A stretch of DNA of 59,340 bases from the IMG/VR virus record IMGVR_UViG_3300035670_000235, positions 1 through 59,340 of that record, one strand, 5' to 3'. The DNA comes from a virus. Taxonomy: Duplodnaviria > Caudoviricetes. Within the stretch, counting starts at the first letter, position 1, and each line of letters begins with the position of its first letter. Shown here one piece after another: positions 39,211-47,237 of this stretch. The position numbers and the translations under genes are program-made. A model generated the notes under the pieces. It ran no database searches, was not told the DNA's origin, and saw only the letters and a program-made list of their open reading frames with translations.

Positions 39211-39218
39211 TTAAGTGT

Positions 39219-39247
39219 TTGACATGAGTAGTTCACTACACTACCCT
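39219..39247 (+). promoter_or_regulatory. Sigma70-like promoter
   Basis: TTGACA-17 nt-TACCCT. Confidence 0.55.
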
Positions 39248-39253
39248 CTCACA

Positions 39254-39326
39254 CACTCGGTTCCCAATACCAGAGTACCCTGCCTCACTAGCAGACGCAA
39301 GCCCCCGAAAGGGGGTTTGTTGTTTG
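39254..39326 (+). ncRNA. Putative ~75-nt three-hairpin small RNA
   Basis: Promoter upstream, two stem-loops, then GCAAGCCCCC-GAAA-GGGGGTTTGT terminator. Confidence 0.5.
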
Positions 39327-39396
39327 TACATACCGATAAAGAGTTTGAAAAAAACCGTGGTATGTAGAAAATATTCTGAACAGAAGGAGAAGACGC

Positions 39397-41163
39397 ATGC
39401 TAAGTATGACGAACGATGACGATATGATTGGACGGGCAGTCCAACATCTCGACAACGGGCAGCACAAGGTCGAATGTCCTAGCTGCCAACACACCAGAAA
39501 CAAGCACCGCCACGACAGACCTTTGTCGGTCTACGTGGATGGCCAATCTATTCGATGGACTTGCTGGCATTGCGGGGTTGAAGGCGGCATGGACAGATTT
39601 CAAAGCAACGTGACACCGATCAGACAGGTACAGGCAGTCAAGGCTCCCAAGCCCGAGATCGTCTTGGCTGATCTCAACGAGACGGACAAAGAGCAGGGCG
39701 TTCGCTACCTGAAGGAGCGAGGCATTCCTGCTGCTATCTCCGAGGAGTACTGCGTGTTCGGCAGGTGGGGCTTTGCTTCTGTAGGCAGTCTCCCTGCTAT
39801 TGGTTTCCCCTACCGCGAGAACAACAAGATCTTCGCGGTCAAGTGGCGCAGTGCTGACACTGACAAGCACTTCAGTCAGCAAGCGGTATGCACTAGCTTC
39901 TGGAACATTGATCGGGCAGTGGCGGGTAAGCCGCTGCTGATCTGTGAGGGCGAGATCGATGCCCTGTCATGGCTTGCTGCTGGCGTGGATGCCAACGTGG
40001 TGAGCGTCCCGAACGGTGCGCCGCAGCGCGTCAAGGATGGCGCCATCGATCCGCAGGATGATCGTCGCTTTGCCTATGTCTGGGAAGCGCAGGAGCTTCT
40101 CGCCAACACAGACCGCGTCTACTTCTCGCCTGACCTAGACCCTGCCGGTGAAGCCCTCATCGAGGAACTCTCTCGCAGGGTTGGCAAGGCCAAGTGCTGG
40201 CGGATCAATCTGCCATGCAAGGATGCCAATGAAACCCTCGCTCAGGCTGGCACAGACGGCCTATTGGCGGCTTTCAACTCTGCCCGACCCATCCCCATGG
40301 CTGGCCTCTACGGAGCCGACCACTACGCGCAGCGGTTCGACAATCTCTACAACGAGGGTCACACCAAAGGTGTCAGCACCGGCATCCCTGCCTTGGATCA
40401 GATCATGAACATCTCGGAGGGGATGATGACCGTGGTCACAGGGTTCCCGGGCAGTGGCAAGTCTGATCTCATCGATCAGGTCTGCCTCAATGCCGCGCAG
40501 CAGCATGGGTGGAAGACCGCCTTCTGTAGTTTCGAGAAGCCACCGCATCTGCACATGGCGCAGTTGGCTTCAAAGATCGTCGGCAAACCGTTCTTCGATG
40601 GCATGACAAAGCCCCGTATGTCTATCGAAGAGCGGGATGCCGCGCTTGGTTGGATGCTCGATCACTTCGTGTGGCTCGACTACATGGCCGGTGCGCCAGC
40701 CCACATCGAGGGCATCCTCGACTTTGCTCGTGCGGCAGTCATGCGTATGGGTGTGCGGATCTTGGTGATCGACCCCTATAACTTCATCGAGGTTGACACT
40801 AAGGATCGTCTGGAGACAGACGCCATCAACGGCATGCTCACCAAGGTGCAGCAGTTCGCCAAGCAATCCGGTGTGCATGTGTTCTTCGTGGCGCATCCGG
40901 CAAAGCCGATGGATCGTACACAGAAGGTGGTCACAGGATTGGATGTTGCCAAGTCGATGTCATGGTTTGCCAAGGCCGACCTTGGTCTGACTGTGACACG
41001 CACTGAGGATGGGCCAGAGGCGCATGTGTGGAAAGCGCGATGGCAGTGGCTTGGCAGAATGGGAATGGCGTATTTACAATTTGATCCTGCTAGCACAAGA
41101 TGGTCGGATCGGCAATACGCTGCAGCGAAACCGGATAACTTTGACTGGAACATTGACAACTAG
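39397..41163 (+). CDS. Bifunctional primase-helicase (Zn finger, TOPRIM, SF4; T7 gp4/Twinkle-like)
   Basis: CPSC...CWHC; ICEGEIDALS; SVPNGA; KDANE; GFPGSGKS; VIDPYN; VAHP. Confidence 0.92.
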   Translation: MLSMTNDDDMIGRAVQHLDNGQHKVECPSCQHTRNKHRHDRPLSVYVDGQSIRWTCWHCGVEGGMDRFQSNVTPIRQVQAVKAPKPEIVLADLNETDKEQGVRYLKERGIPAAISEEYCVFGRWGFASVGSLPAIGFPYRENNKIFAVKWRSADTDKHFSQQAVCTSFWNIDRAVAGKPLLICEGEIDALSWLAAGVDANVVSVPNGAPQRVKDGAIDPQDDRRFAYVWEAQELLANTDRVYFSPDLDPAGEALIEELSRRVGKAKCWRINLPCKDANETLAQAGTDGLLAAFNSARPIPMAGLYGADHYAQRFDNLYNEGHTKGVSTGIPALDQIMNISEGMMTVVTGFPGSGKSDLIDQVCLNAAQQHGWKTAFCSFEKPPHLHMAQLASKIVGKPFFDGMTKPRMSIEERDAALGWMLDHFVWLDYMAGAPAHIEGILDFARAAVMRMGVRILVIDPYNFIEVDTKDRLETDAINGMLTKVQQFAKQSGVHVFFVAHPAKPMDRTQKVVTGLDVAKSMSWFAKADLGLTVTRTEDGPEAHVWKARWQWLGRMGMAYLQFDPASTRWSDRQYAAAKPDNFDWNIDN

Positions 41164-41674
41164 GGATCTAGTCGCCAACGAACTCGGCTCCAATGAATTG
41201 CACCGTCGCCACACGGTGAGGTTGGAGTCCGAGGACGGCGTCTTCCTCAGGGCAAAGGTGGTCGACCAACTGCTGGTCGATCGCCTCTACCTGCAGAAGG
41301 CCATCGATGTCGATCAGTACGACGCTGCGATAGCGTTCTATTCACTGGCTCATAGGTCTGGGGTGTTTCCATCTTCGATACAGATGGAGCGGGTGCAGAT
41401 GTCGGTGGGGAACCGCGCACCCAGAGCATTGGCCATCCTTACGGCTGACCGTTACTTGCAAGACCACTGTCCGCCTAGTGGATACCGGGCGGTGTGGCTT
41501 ACCGTGATTCGAGAACTGCCTTCGCCGATCGGGGCATTGAGAATGGGTCTCGATACACTCAAACTTTACTTCAACCCGACGCTGACTCCGGACTCTCATC
41601 GGTCGGTGCGTTCCACCACTGAGCAGGCTGAGAGCCTTTTACAGGCGGCGTGTCTTCAGCCTGCTGCTCGGTAG
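41153..41674 (+). CDS. Hypothetical protein, possible transcription regulator
   Basis: TTG overlapping helicase end; DRLY....I...QYDAA pattern. Confidence 0.45.
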   Translation: MTTRDLVANELGSNELHRRHTVRLESEDGVFLRAKVVDQLLVDRLYLQKAIDVDQYDAAIAFYSLAHRSGVFPSSIQMERVQMSVGNRAPRALAILTADRYLQDHCPPSGYRAVWLTVIRELPSPIGALRMGLDTLKLYFNPTLTPDSHRSVRSTTEQAESLLQAACLQPAAR

Positions 41675-41912
41675 CGTACTTCGCTGCCAGCGCCTCCTCG
41701 ATAATCTCCTTCGGTTTGGCGCTAGGTTTTTTCTTCAGGGTGTTCTTGGCAGCCTTGATGAAGCGGGGCTTGAGCGGGTAGTCATCAATCATGTGACGAA
41801 TCTGGGCTGATACTGTCCGCCCCTCGGCTGCTGCGATGGCCTTGACCTTCAGGATTGTTGCTTCATGGCAACGGAAGATCAGCATCTTGTCTTCGTTCTT
41901 CTTCTTTGGCAT
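41571..41912 (-). CDS. Arc-like ribbon-helix-helix DNA-binding protein
   Basis: LIFRC...KVKAIAAAEGRTVSAQIRHMI. Confidence 0.7.
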   Translation of the reverse strand: MPKKKNEDKMLIFRCHEATILKVKAIAAAEGRTVSAQIRHMIDDYPLKPRFIKAAKNTLKKKPSAKPKEIIEEALAAKYATEQQAEDTPPVKGSQPAQWWNAPTDESPESASG

Positions 41913-41913
41913 G

Positions 41914-42303
41914 TCAGTCTCGGTACTTCTTAACCTTCTTGGCGATCGCTTTGGGCTGCTTCACGAACTGCTTTCCCTGTGATTTGCCCTTGCGCTTGGC
42001 GGCCGTTGTCTTGGCATACTCCTCCGAGGACAACGCCTTGACTGCCTTCTTCGGCAAATATCTTTCGCCAGTCTTGCTCGAAGGCTTGCCAGATTTGGTT
42101 GTCCATTCTTGCTTTGTCCATTTGCTTAAGTCCTTTTGGGCTTTGGTTTTGCTGCCGGAGTAGCCGCCGCCAGCGTCTTTGTAACGCTTACCTAGCAGCT
42201 GGGCTTTGCGGGCTGACCACTGCCCTGCCTTCGTGCCAGCCACGTTCTCGCTCATGATCTGGTTCTTGAGTCGCTCACGCAGACTCGGTTTGGTGTAGGC
42301 CAT
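41914..42303 (-). CDS. DUF5872-like basic protein
   Basis: YTKP.LRERLK; GQWSARKAQ; YK.AGGGY; KWTKQEW; RYLPKKA; GKQFV.QP. Confidence 0.75.
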   Translation of the reverse strand: MAYTKPSLRERLKNQIMSENVAGTKAGQWSARKAQLLGKRYKDAGGGYSGSKTKAQKDLSKWTKQEWTTKSGKPSSKTGERYLPKKAVKALSSEEYAKTTAAKRKGKSQGKQFVKQPKAIAKKVKKYRD

Positions 42304-42513
42304 GTCGATCTCCTATATGTCAATACAGATTATGCCACCCTTCGCTTGGGTTGGGTGGCATCAGTTCCGGGTTCGTACACAAACTGGGAACAGGCAGCGT
42401 AGAGATGTCCCTCCCATAATGTGCAGTATAAAAGCCAATCAGTTTTGCCGCCCTTTTGCAGATCATATTGCACTGCTTTTGAGTAGTGGCATGCACCGCA
42501 TGTTGGCTGGTAT

Positions 42514-42915
42514 CTAGGAGGGTCTTGTTTCAACTTCCCCCTCCATGCGCATGACTTCGAACCCACTGAAGTCCACGGGATCAACCAGTTCTATCTGGTG
42601 TCCACCCATGATCTCTTCGTAGGCAGTCGATAGGGCGATCATCGTCATGCGGAAATGATCTACGTCATGTGGGACATGCGTTGCCAAGCCTACCCGCAGA
42701 ACCCCATTGCTCTCATAGACATGGTTGACCATGCCCATGCAGATGGAGGCATCTCGGTTGGCAGAGATGATGGCAGCACAGCATTGCGCCAGCACCTCAA
42801 CTAGCCTCTCTGCTGAACGCAGACAGGCTTCTTCGTTCTTCATGATCAAGATCCTAGGCATCACGACATTGATGTCGATCTCATCTGGGATCACAGGTTT
42901 CTTCTTTCTAGCCAC
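42514..42915 (-). CDS. Hypothetical protein (start GTG 42915)
   Basis: GGAG RBS just after the terminator; ORF track 42514..43023. Confidence 0.5.
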   Translation of the reverse strand: MARKKKPVIPDEIDINVVMPRILIMKNEEACLRSAERLVEVLAQCCAAIISANRDASICMGMVNHVYESNGVLRVGLATHVPHDVDHFRMTMIALSTAYEEIMGGHQIELVDPVDFSGFEVMRMEGEVETRPS

Positions 42916-42925
42916 AGCTAACTCC

Positions 42926-42959
42926 AAAAAAAAGCCCGTTGGGTTTGACGCCAACGGGC
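42926..42959 (-). terminator. Intrinsic terminator
   Basis: GCCCGTTGG-8 nt-CCAACGGGC followed by T8 on the - strand. Confidence 0.85.
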
Positions 42960-43010
42960 AAAGTTCACCACAACCACGGAGTGAAGACGCATGAGATGGG
43001 TGGTGAGGCG
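42926..43010 (-). ncRNA. Putative antisense sRNA targeting phage translation-initiation regions
   Basis: Extended -10-like TGTTAAATT upstream, terminator downstream, 8-11 nt complementarity to five start regions. Confidence 0.5.
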
Positions 43011-43020
43011 CAGAATTTAA

Positions 43021-43035
43021 CATAACATTGTTATG
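43021..43035. repeat. Palindrome CATAACA(W)TGTTATG, first of 9 copies
   Basis: Copies at 43021, 47192, 48907, 50397, 51589 (variant), 51933, 52306, 53057 (14-mer), 53751. Confidence 0.9.
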
Positions 43036-43483
43036 CAGAGGGGCTATTGCCCTTCATTTTTTCCACAGCCTCGGCCGCCAACCCCATGTAGGCAGCCCCA
43101 TCTATCCAGTTATCGATGTCAGATCCGGTGCGTTCTCGGCAGAGCTTGAGAACCACCATGAATAACCAGCCCTCGACCTCGGTCATCTTGTGATCGGTCA
43201 GGGCTTCGAAGGTCTTGACAATCCTTTGCATCGAGCGTTCCTGCCCGTTGTCCCTGCGCCTGCCCCGCTCAGCAATCATGTCCTTGGCTTCCTGCAATAC
43301 AGCCTCGGGTGTCAATCCCTTGACAGGCTGTGCGTTGAGTACCTTCATCATGTCGGACAGCAGATAGGCCGCCTCGGACATGCAGTCGGAGTAGGCAGTG
43401 GCGGGGTGCGTTGAAGACCAGCCATGCAACTCATAGATCAGTTGCTCTGCACGTAGCCTCATCTCAATGGGTATAGGGGACAT
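43031..43483 (-). CDS. DUF6378-like protein
   Basis: A..MI.ERG...ERSM..IV..F; GW.FM..LK..R; D.WID.AAY. Confidence 0.7.
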   Translation of the reverse strand: MSPIPIEMRLRAEQLIYELHGWSSTHPATAYSDCMSEAAYLLSDMMKVLNAQPVKGLTPEAVLQEAKDMIAERGRRRDNGQERSMQRIVKTFEALTDHKMTEVEGWLFMVVLKLCRERTGSDIDNWIDGAAYMGLAAEAVEKMKGNSPSA

Positions 43484-43646
43484 CTTTCTTTCTCAGGAAT
43501 GGTGGGATGTAGTCATCATCAAACTGGAATGGCTCCGGTGCGCCAGTCTCAAGTCGAGTCAGCTTTGCATTGAGGGATTGAATCCTGCTGTGCAGGGCTT
43601 TGATTTCCAGATAGATCTGCTTTTTGAGTTCGTTCTTGCTCGACAT
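43464..43646 (-). CDS. Hypothetical protein
   Basis: 60 aa coiled coil ending IPPFLRK. Confidence 0.45.
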   Translation of the reverse strand: MSSKNELKKQIYLEIKALHSRIQSLNAKLTRLETGAPEPFQFDDDYIPPFLRKKDVPYTH

Positions 43647-43854
43647 ATCTTGCTAACCTCTCTCTTGCTGAAAACAAATCGGCTTGAAGTCTGCGGATCT
43701 CGTCGCTCAGTGATGTGTATTCCACATACAGGTTCTTCGCTTGCAGCCTAGCAAGCGCCTCGTTAGGTGGGATGGATGAGTGCTGGCTCCACTTCCACGG
43801 CATCCGGTTCATCTCCTCCTGCCAGCTACCTGGAGGTGACTTGTCATCGATCAT
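43549..43854 (-). CDS. Hypothetical protein
   Basis: AGGAG RBS; DDKSPPGSW motif. Confidence 0.5.
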   Translation of the reverse strand: MIDDKSPPGSWQEEMNRMPWKWSQHSSIPPNEALARLQAKNLYVEYTSLSDEIRRLQADLFSARERLARYVEQERTQKADLSGNQSPAQQDSIPQCKADST

Positions 43855-43855
43855 G

Positions 43856-44338
43856 TCAATCTCCTATGTTCAGTAACGCTACGTTATGCAACTCACTTTG
43901 GATAGCGGCATAGCCCTCCCCATGCCCTAGGTTAGTCAACCTTTTGGCGTCGAGCAATTCGGTGGCTGTCAAGAAACCGGCACACCGATACTTGGGGAAT
44001 CTGCCCACCATCAGGACAAACAGGTCTACCTGTGTGGCGTCTTTCCATTTGACTGCCAACAGCCTGCCGCTCTCATAGGTGGTGGACTTGACATCAACTG
44101 ACCTGCCGTCCCGAAGGTAGCAGTCCTCTGCCTTGGTGTGATCAAGATCTAGGTCGGGGTAGACATTGGCGAGTTTGCAGAAGGCGATCTCGGCAGCGAT
44201 ACCCTCAAGGTCAGTGAGTTCGTTGGACTGATCCCCCATCTTCCGATTAGGCAGCCCCTTCTCTCTGGCACTGTCATACCGCTGCTTAGCTAAGTACTTA
44301 GCTAACCTCTGCTCTGCATCGCTCAATGTTACATACAT
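43856..44338 (-). CDS. Putative PD-(D/E)xK-fold protein
   Basis: G..AE.AF...D.....VDVKST pattern. Confidence 0.55.
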   Translation of the reverse strand: MYVTLSDAEQRLAKYLAKQRYDSAREKGLPNRKMGDQSNELTDLEGIAAEIAFCKLANVYPDLDLDHTKAEDCYLRDGRSVDVKSTTYESGRLLAVKWKDATQVDLFVLMVGRFPKYRCAGFLTATELLDAKRLTNLGHGEGYAAIQSELHNVALLNIGD

Positions 44339-44341
44339 GAT

Positions 44342-44524
44342 TTAATCCTCGACCACCGGATCAAACTTAAACCACTCGCAGATTTCGTGCATCACGGCTT
44401 GCGTGATCTTTTCTCGAACCTGCTCGGCGGTCGGCTTGTCGGTGTGCTTGTAGGCTCGCGTCAATCCATAAGCCACGCCAGTCTCAACGCAATGCTCGAT
44501 CAGTTTGTAAATGTCTGGCTTCAT
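44342..44524 (-). CDS. Hypothetical protein
   Basis: CVE.GV.YG..RAYKHTD.P...EICEWF.F. Confidence 0.55.
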   Translation of the reverse strand: MKPDIYKLIEHCVETGVAYGLTRAYKHTDKPTAEQVREKITQAVMHEICEWFKFDPVVED

Positions 44525-45027
44525 GCTTCGCTCCTCGCCCGAATCGCGGCGGCAATTTCACGGTAGTCATAAGCCCACACTTCACCATCAAACATCTTCG
44601 CACACACCTCCCGCTCGGCTTTCACCGCAGCGTCTAACAATCCGCAGTACTGTGTCGTCCGTTGCCCCTCGGCACACTTGCGGTAGCCCTCGCTGACCAA
44701 AGCCTTCAGATGCAGTTCCAGAAAGCGATTGAGTTTGTTCAGAGTCACACGCTCGTCGGTCAGGCTCATCACGATTCCGGCCTCGTCTGCCATCTTGATA
44801 ACGTCATCCGTGTTCACGCCGCACATCCTCCAGATGTTTTGATCTTCGCCCAACGCTTGCTTGGCTCGCGCCTCTTGATACATGGAGTTCTGGCTGATGG
44901 AGATGTCATGCAGGGCTTCGCGTAGTCGCTCGTTTTCAACAATCAGCGCATACACTTCTGGGTCATCGCTCCACCGCTTGCCATCTTTTGCGGGAATAGC
45001 CTCGCCAAACTTGTATTCCTCGTTCAT
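44521..45027 (-). CDS. Hypothetical mosaic protein ending AEREVCAK...IRAR
   Basis: Coupled ATGA overlaps; C-terminus similar to next gene. Confidence 0.55.
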   Translation of the reverse strand: MNEEYKFGEAIPAKDGKRWSDDPEVYALIVENERLREALHDISISQNSMYQEARAKQALGEDQNIWRMCGVNTDDVIKMADEAGIVMSLTDERVTLNKLNRFLELHLKALVSEGYRKCAEGQRTTQYCGLLDAAVKAEREVCAKMFDGEVWAYDYREIAAAIRARSEA

Positions 45028-45269
45028 CGCGGTTGCTCCTGTTCACCCCTCGCCCGAATCGCTTCGGCGCAATCAAGCGTCCCACGCATATAGTCGTGCC
45101 GGAATCTTGTATCCGATTCATCTAGATCTTCACACACCTTCGCACACGCCTCCCGCTCGGCAGCGGCAACTAGGGCGGCGAAACGTTGGAAGTTCTCCAG
45201 AATCCCGCCTTGCTCTAACCCAACCAGTCCGGCACTACGCGCCATGCGGATAATGTCATCGCGGGTCAT
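45024..45269 (-). CDS. Hypothetical protein (MTRDDIIRMA...AEREACAK family)
   Basis: Flanked by a 20-bp direct repeat. Confidence 0.6.
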   Translation of the reverse strand: MTRDDIIRMARSAGLVGLEQGGILENFQRFAALVAAAEREACAKVCEDLDESDTRFRHDYMRGTLDCAEAIRARGEQEQPR

Positions 45270-45285
45270 CGCGGTTGCTCCTGTT
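45024..45285. repeat. 20-bp direct repeat TCATCGCGGTTGCTCCTGTT at 45024 and 45266
   Basis: Exact match; contains RBS and ATGA stop/start on the - strand. Confidence 0.85.
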
Positions 45286-45454
45286 TAACTACTTCAATCT
45301 CAGTCCATGCTGCCAGATGCATTACATTCCCATCATCATCTGTGCAATAGGAATACATGCCATCGATGTGGTGGAAATTTAATTCCATGTCACTCGATAG
45401 CGTGTCGCCTAGCAATCTGATGCGACTGTTTCTTGGAACGTCATAGAGTTTCAT
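45266..45454 (-). CDS. Hypothetical protein
   Basis: MKLYDVPRNS...FHHIDGMYSYC...HLAAW. Confidence 0.6.
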   Translation of the reverse strand: MKLYDVPRNSRIRLLGDTLSSDMELNFHHIDGMYSYCTDDDGNVMHLAAWTEIEVVKQEQPR

Positions 45455-45636
45455 AACTGCCCCTTCACGATCGGCTCGTAGTCCTTACGCACCACGATGT
45501 AGGCCAGCGGCTCGCCATCGAATGTGCCTTCGGTTACCACTGAGATCATGTAGTCCTTAGTCAACTGATACAAACATTGCTGTGCATCCTTTAGGGTTTT
45601 GAATCCAATGAGGGTAGCCCTAGGCTTTCCGTTCAT
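45451..45636 (-). CDS. Hypothetical protein
   Basis: 61 aa, AGGAG RBS, coupled. Confidence 0.5.
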   Translation of the reverse strand: MNGKPRATLIGFKTLKDAQQCLYQLTKDYMISVVTEGTFDGEPLAYIVVRKDYEPIVKGQL

Positions 45637-45850
45637 GCTGCGTCTCCTTCCATATTTTGTAGTCGTATTGCTTGATGCCGCGCTTGAGGGCAGTACCCAA
45701 GACAGACTGCCCTATGCCCCACGCCTTCACCAGATCACGATACTTCGCCCTATTGTTGATGGCATTAGCCTTGCGCTGTAGCAAGGTGGTGTACTGGTCA
45801 AAAGATATGCGCGGGTTGTACCTGGATATCTTGGTGTACTTTTGTTCCAT
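45620..45850 (-). CDS. Hypothetical basic protein (possible HTH)
   Basis: YRDLVKAWGIGQSVLGTAL. Confidence 0.5.
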   Translation of the reverse strand: MEQKYTKISRYNPRISFDQYTTLLQRKANAINNRAKYRDLVKAWGIGQSVLGTALKRGIKQYDYKIWKETQHERKA

Positions 45851-45853
45851 AAC

Positions 45854-46120
45854 TCATTCCTTGACACCGAAGTAGGCTGTGATCAACTTCATTGCATCGA
45901 TGTGCTGCTGAATGATCTTTAGATCCTCCCGCTTGTTAGACGAGAACACACCGTACTCATACCCACCAGCCTTGCGCTTCTTCAGGTCATGCTCAAGGCA
46001 GTCCAGTGTGGACATGAGTTCAGCCACGATTAGAGACTGGATCATCTCGTAGGTATGGCTGTTCAACACTAAAAGCATTTCCTCAAACGCTTTGTTTCTC
46101 TTTATTGCTTTTCCTGCCAT
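45854..46120 (-). CDS. Hypothetical protein
   Basis: 88 aa, GAGGA RBS. Confidence 0.5.
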   Translation of the reverse strand: MAGKAIKRNKAFEEMLLVLNSHTYEMIQSLIVAELMSTLDCLEHDLKKRKAGGYEYGVFSSNKREDLKIIQQHIDAMKLITAYFGVKE

Positions 46121-46338
46121 GACTTATCCTCCTCTGTGATGAGTGTCATGTTGGTGGGATCGCATGGAATCCACTGGAATTTAGCGGTTTTCGGGTGATA
46201 CATCGCACCGCAACTCTGCACTGCCTGAACTTCATTGATGGTCTGCGTTACATAGTAACCACCAATGAATCCAGTGGTGGCACACACGATGCCGATCACC
46301 AAGCCAACCGCCGCTTTCTGTCTGTCTGAAAATGACAT
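46102..46338 (-). CDS. Small membrane protein
   Basis: N-terminal TM segment; AGGAG RBS. Confidence 0.5.
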   Translation of the reverse strand: MSFSDRQKAAVGLVIGIVCATTGFIGGYYVTQTINEVQAVQSCGAMYHPKTAKFQWIPCDPTNMTLITEEDKSWQEKQ

Positions 46339-46339
46339 G

Positions 46340-46525
46340 TCACACTCCTGCTAACCAGTAACCAATCACGATGCCAGCGCCAAACAACATGGCGCATAGC
46401 ATCACCTCTGCAACTAAACGCTCACCGCGTTCTTTGTTGATTGCTATCTCCATCTCCGCTATCTGATTGCGAAGACTGGCGATCTCGTTGATCTTCCTGT
46501 CTATGGTTTGATTTTTATTCCTCAC
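46340..46525 (-). CDS. Small coiled-coil protein with C-terminal TM
   Basis: 61 aa, coupled. Confidence 0.5.
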   Translation of the reverse strand: MRNKNQTIDRKINEIASLRNQIAEMEIAINKERGERLVAEVMLCAMLFGAGIVIGYWLAGV

Positions 46526-47004
46526 AATAGCCTTCCCTTGATTGCTTTAGCTTTTGGCATGAACTGCCTACGCATCCGGCGATACTGCGATAGAAGATCA
46601 CCATAGATGGAATCAACGTTCATGCCGTCATAGGCTTCGTTGTCTGCCGTCCCCTGCGGGACTCGCATCTGCACACTACGCACAATGTAGTTGCTGCGCA
46701 GATCACAGGCGGAGTTCCACAGGGTCAGGTTCTTGTCTGTTGCTCGCTCGGCATGCATATCGATCACATGAATGATCTCGTGCATAACAAGCCCATCGAG
46801 TTGATCGTCATCGAGCATATCCACATGGTCGAAGTTGAACATCAGGCGGCTGCCGTCAGTGCCAGCCACGGCCAGGTGTGGAGCATGCTCGATAGGCAGT
46901 CCCTCGATGAAGTCAGACAAGCCAAGAAACTTGCGAGACAACTTAGAAAGGGATGTCTGTATTCGGTTTGCTGCGGATAGCATCAGAGAACTTCCTCTTA
47001 CCAA
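46522..47004 (-). CDS. Metallopeptidase-like protein (DUF2201 N-terminal type)
   Basis: AGTDG...HEIIH...H..R...WN.ACD..N..IY. Confidence 0.7.
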   Translation of the reverse strand: MVRGSSLMLSAANRIQTSLSKLSRKFLGLSDFIEGLPIEHAPHLAVAGTDGSRLMFNFDHVDMLDDDQLDGLVMHEIIHVIDMHAERATDKNLTLWNSACDLRSNYIVRSVQMRVPQGTADNEAYDGMNVDSIYGDLLSQYRRMRRQFMPKAKAIKGRLL

Positions 47005-47176
47005 GCCCTAACTCCATCACCTTGAGTTCCGTCTCTAAGCAATCCACTAGGGTTTTGTGATATCGAATCAGTGTCTGTATCTCCAGCACTCGCTGTTGAT
47101 GCTGACTCTGCTCATGATATGCACGATGCATATCGTAATCGTCGTTGTAGTAATAATCGTCACTGTATTGGCTCAT
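46943..47176 (-). CDS. Hypothetical protein
   Basis: AGGAG RBS directly after a palindrome copy; ends DIPF. Confidence 0.5.
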   Translation of the reverse strand: MSQYSDDYYYNDDYDMHRAYHEQSQHQQRVLEIQTLIRYHKTLVDCLETELKVMELGLGKRKFSDAIRSKPNTDIPF

Positions 47177-47237
47177 GCTTATCTCCTATTACATAACAAT
47201 GTTATGCAGCCGATGGCTGCATACAGCCGCAACGCGG

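Noticed and set aside
42330-42584. 84-aa Cys-rich ORF on the - strand
   Set aside because: Possibly real from a later start, but start and RBS are unclear and it overlaps the upstream gene, so it is not called
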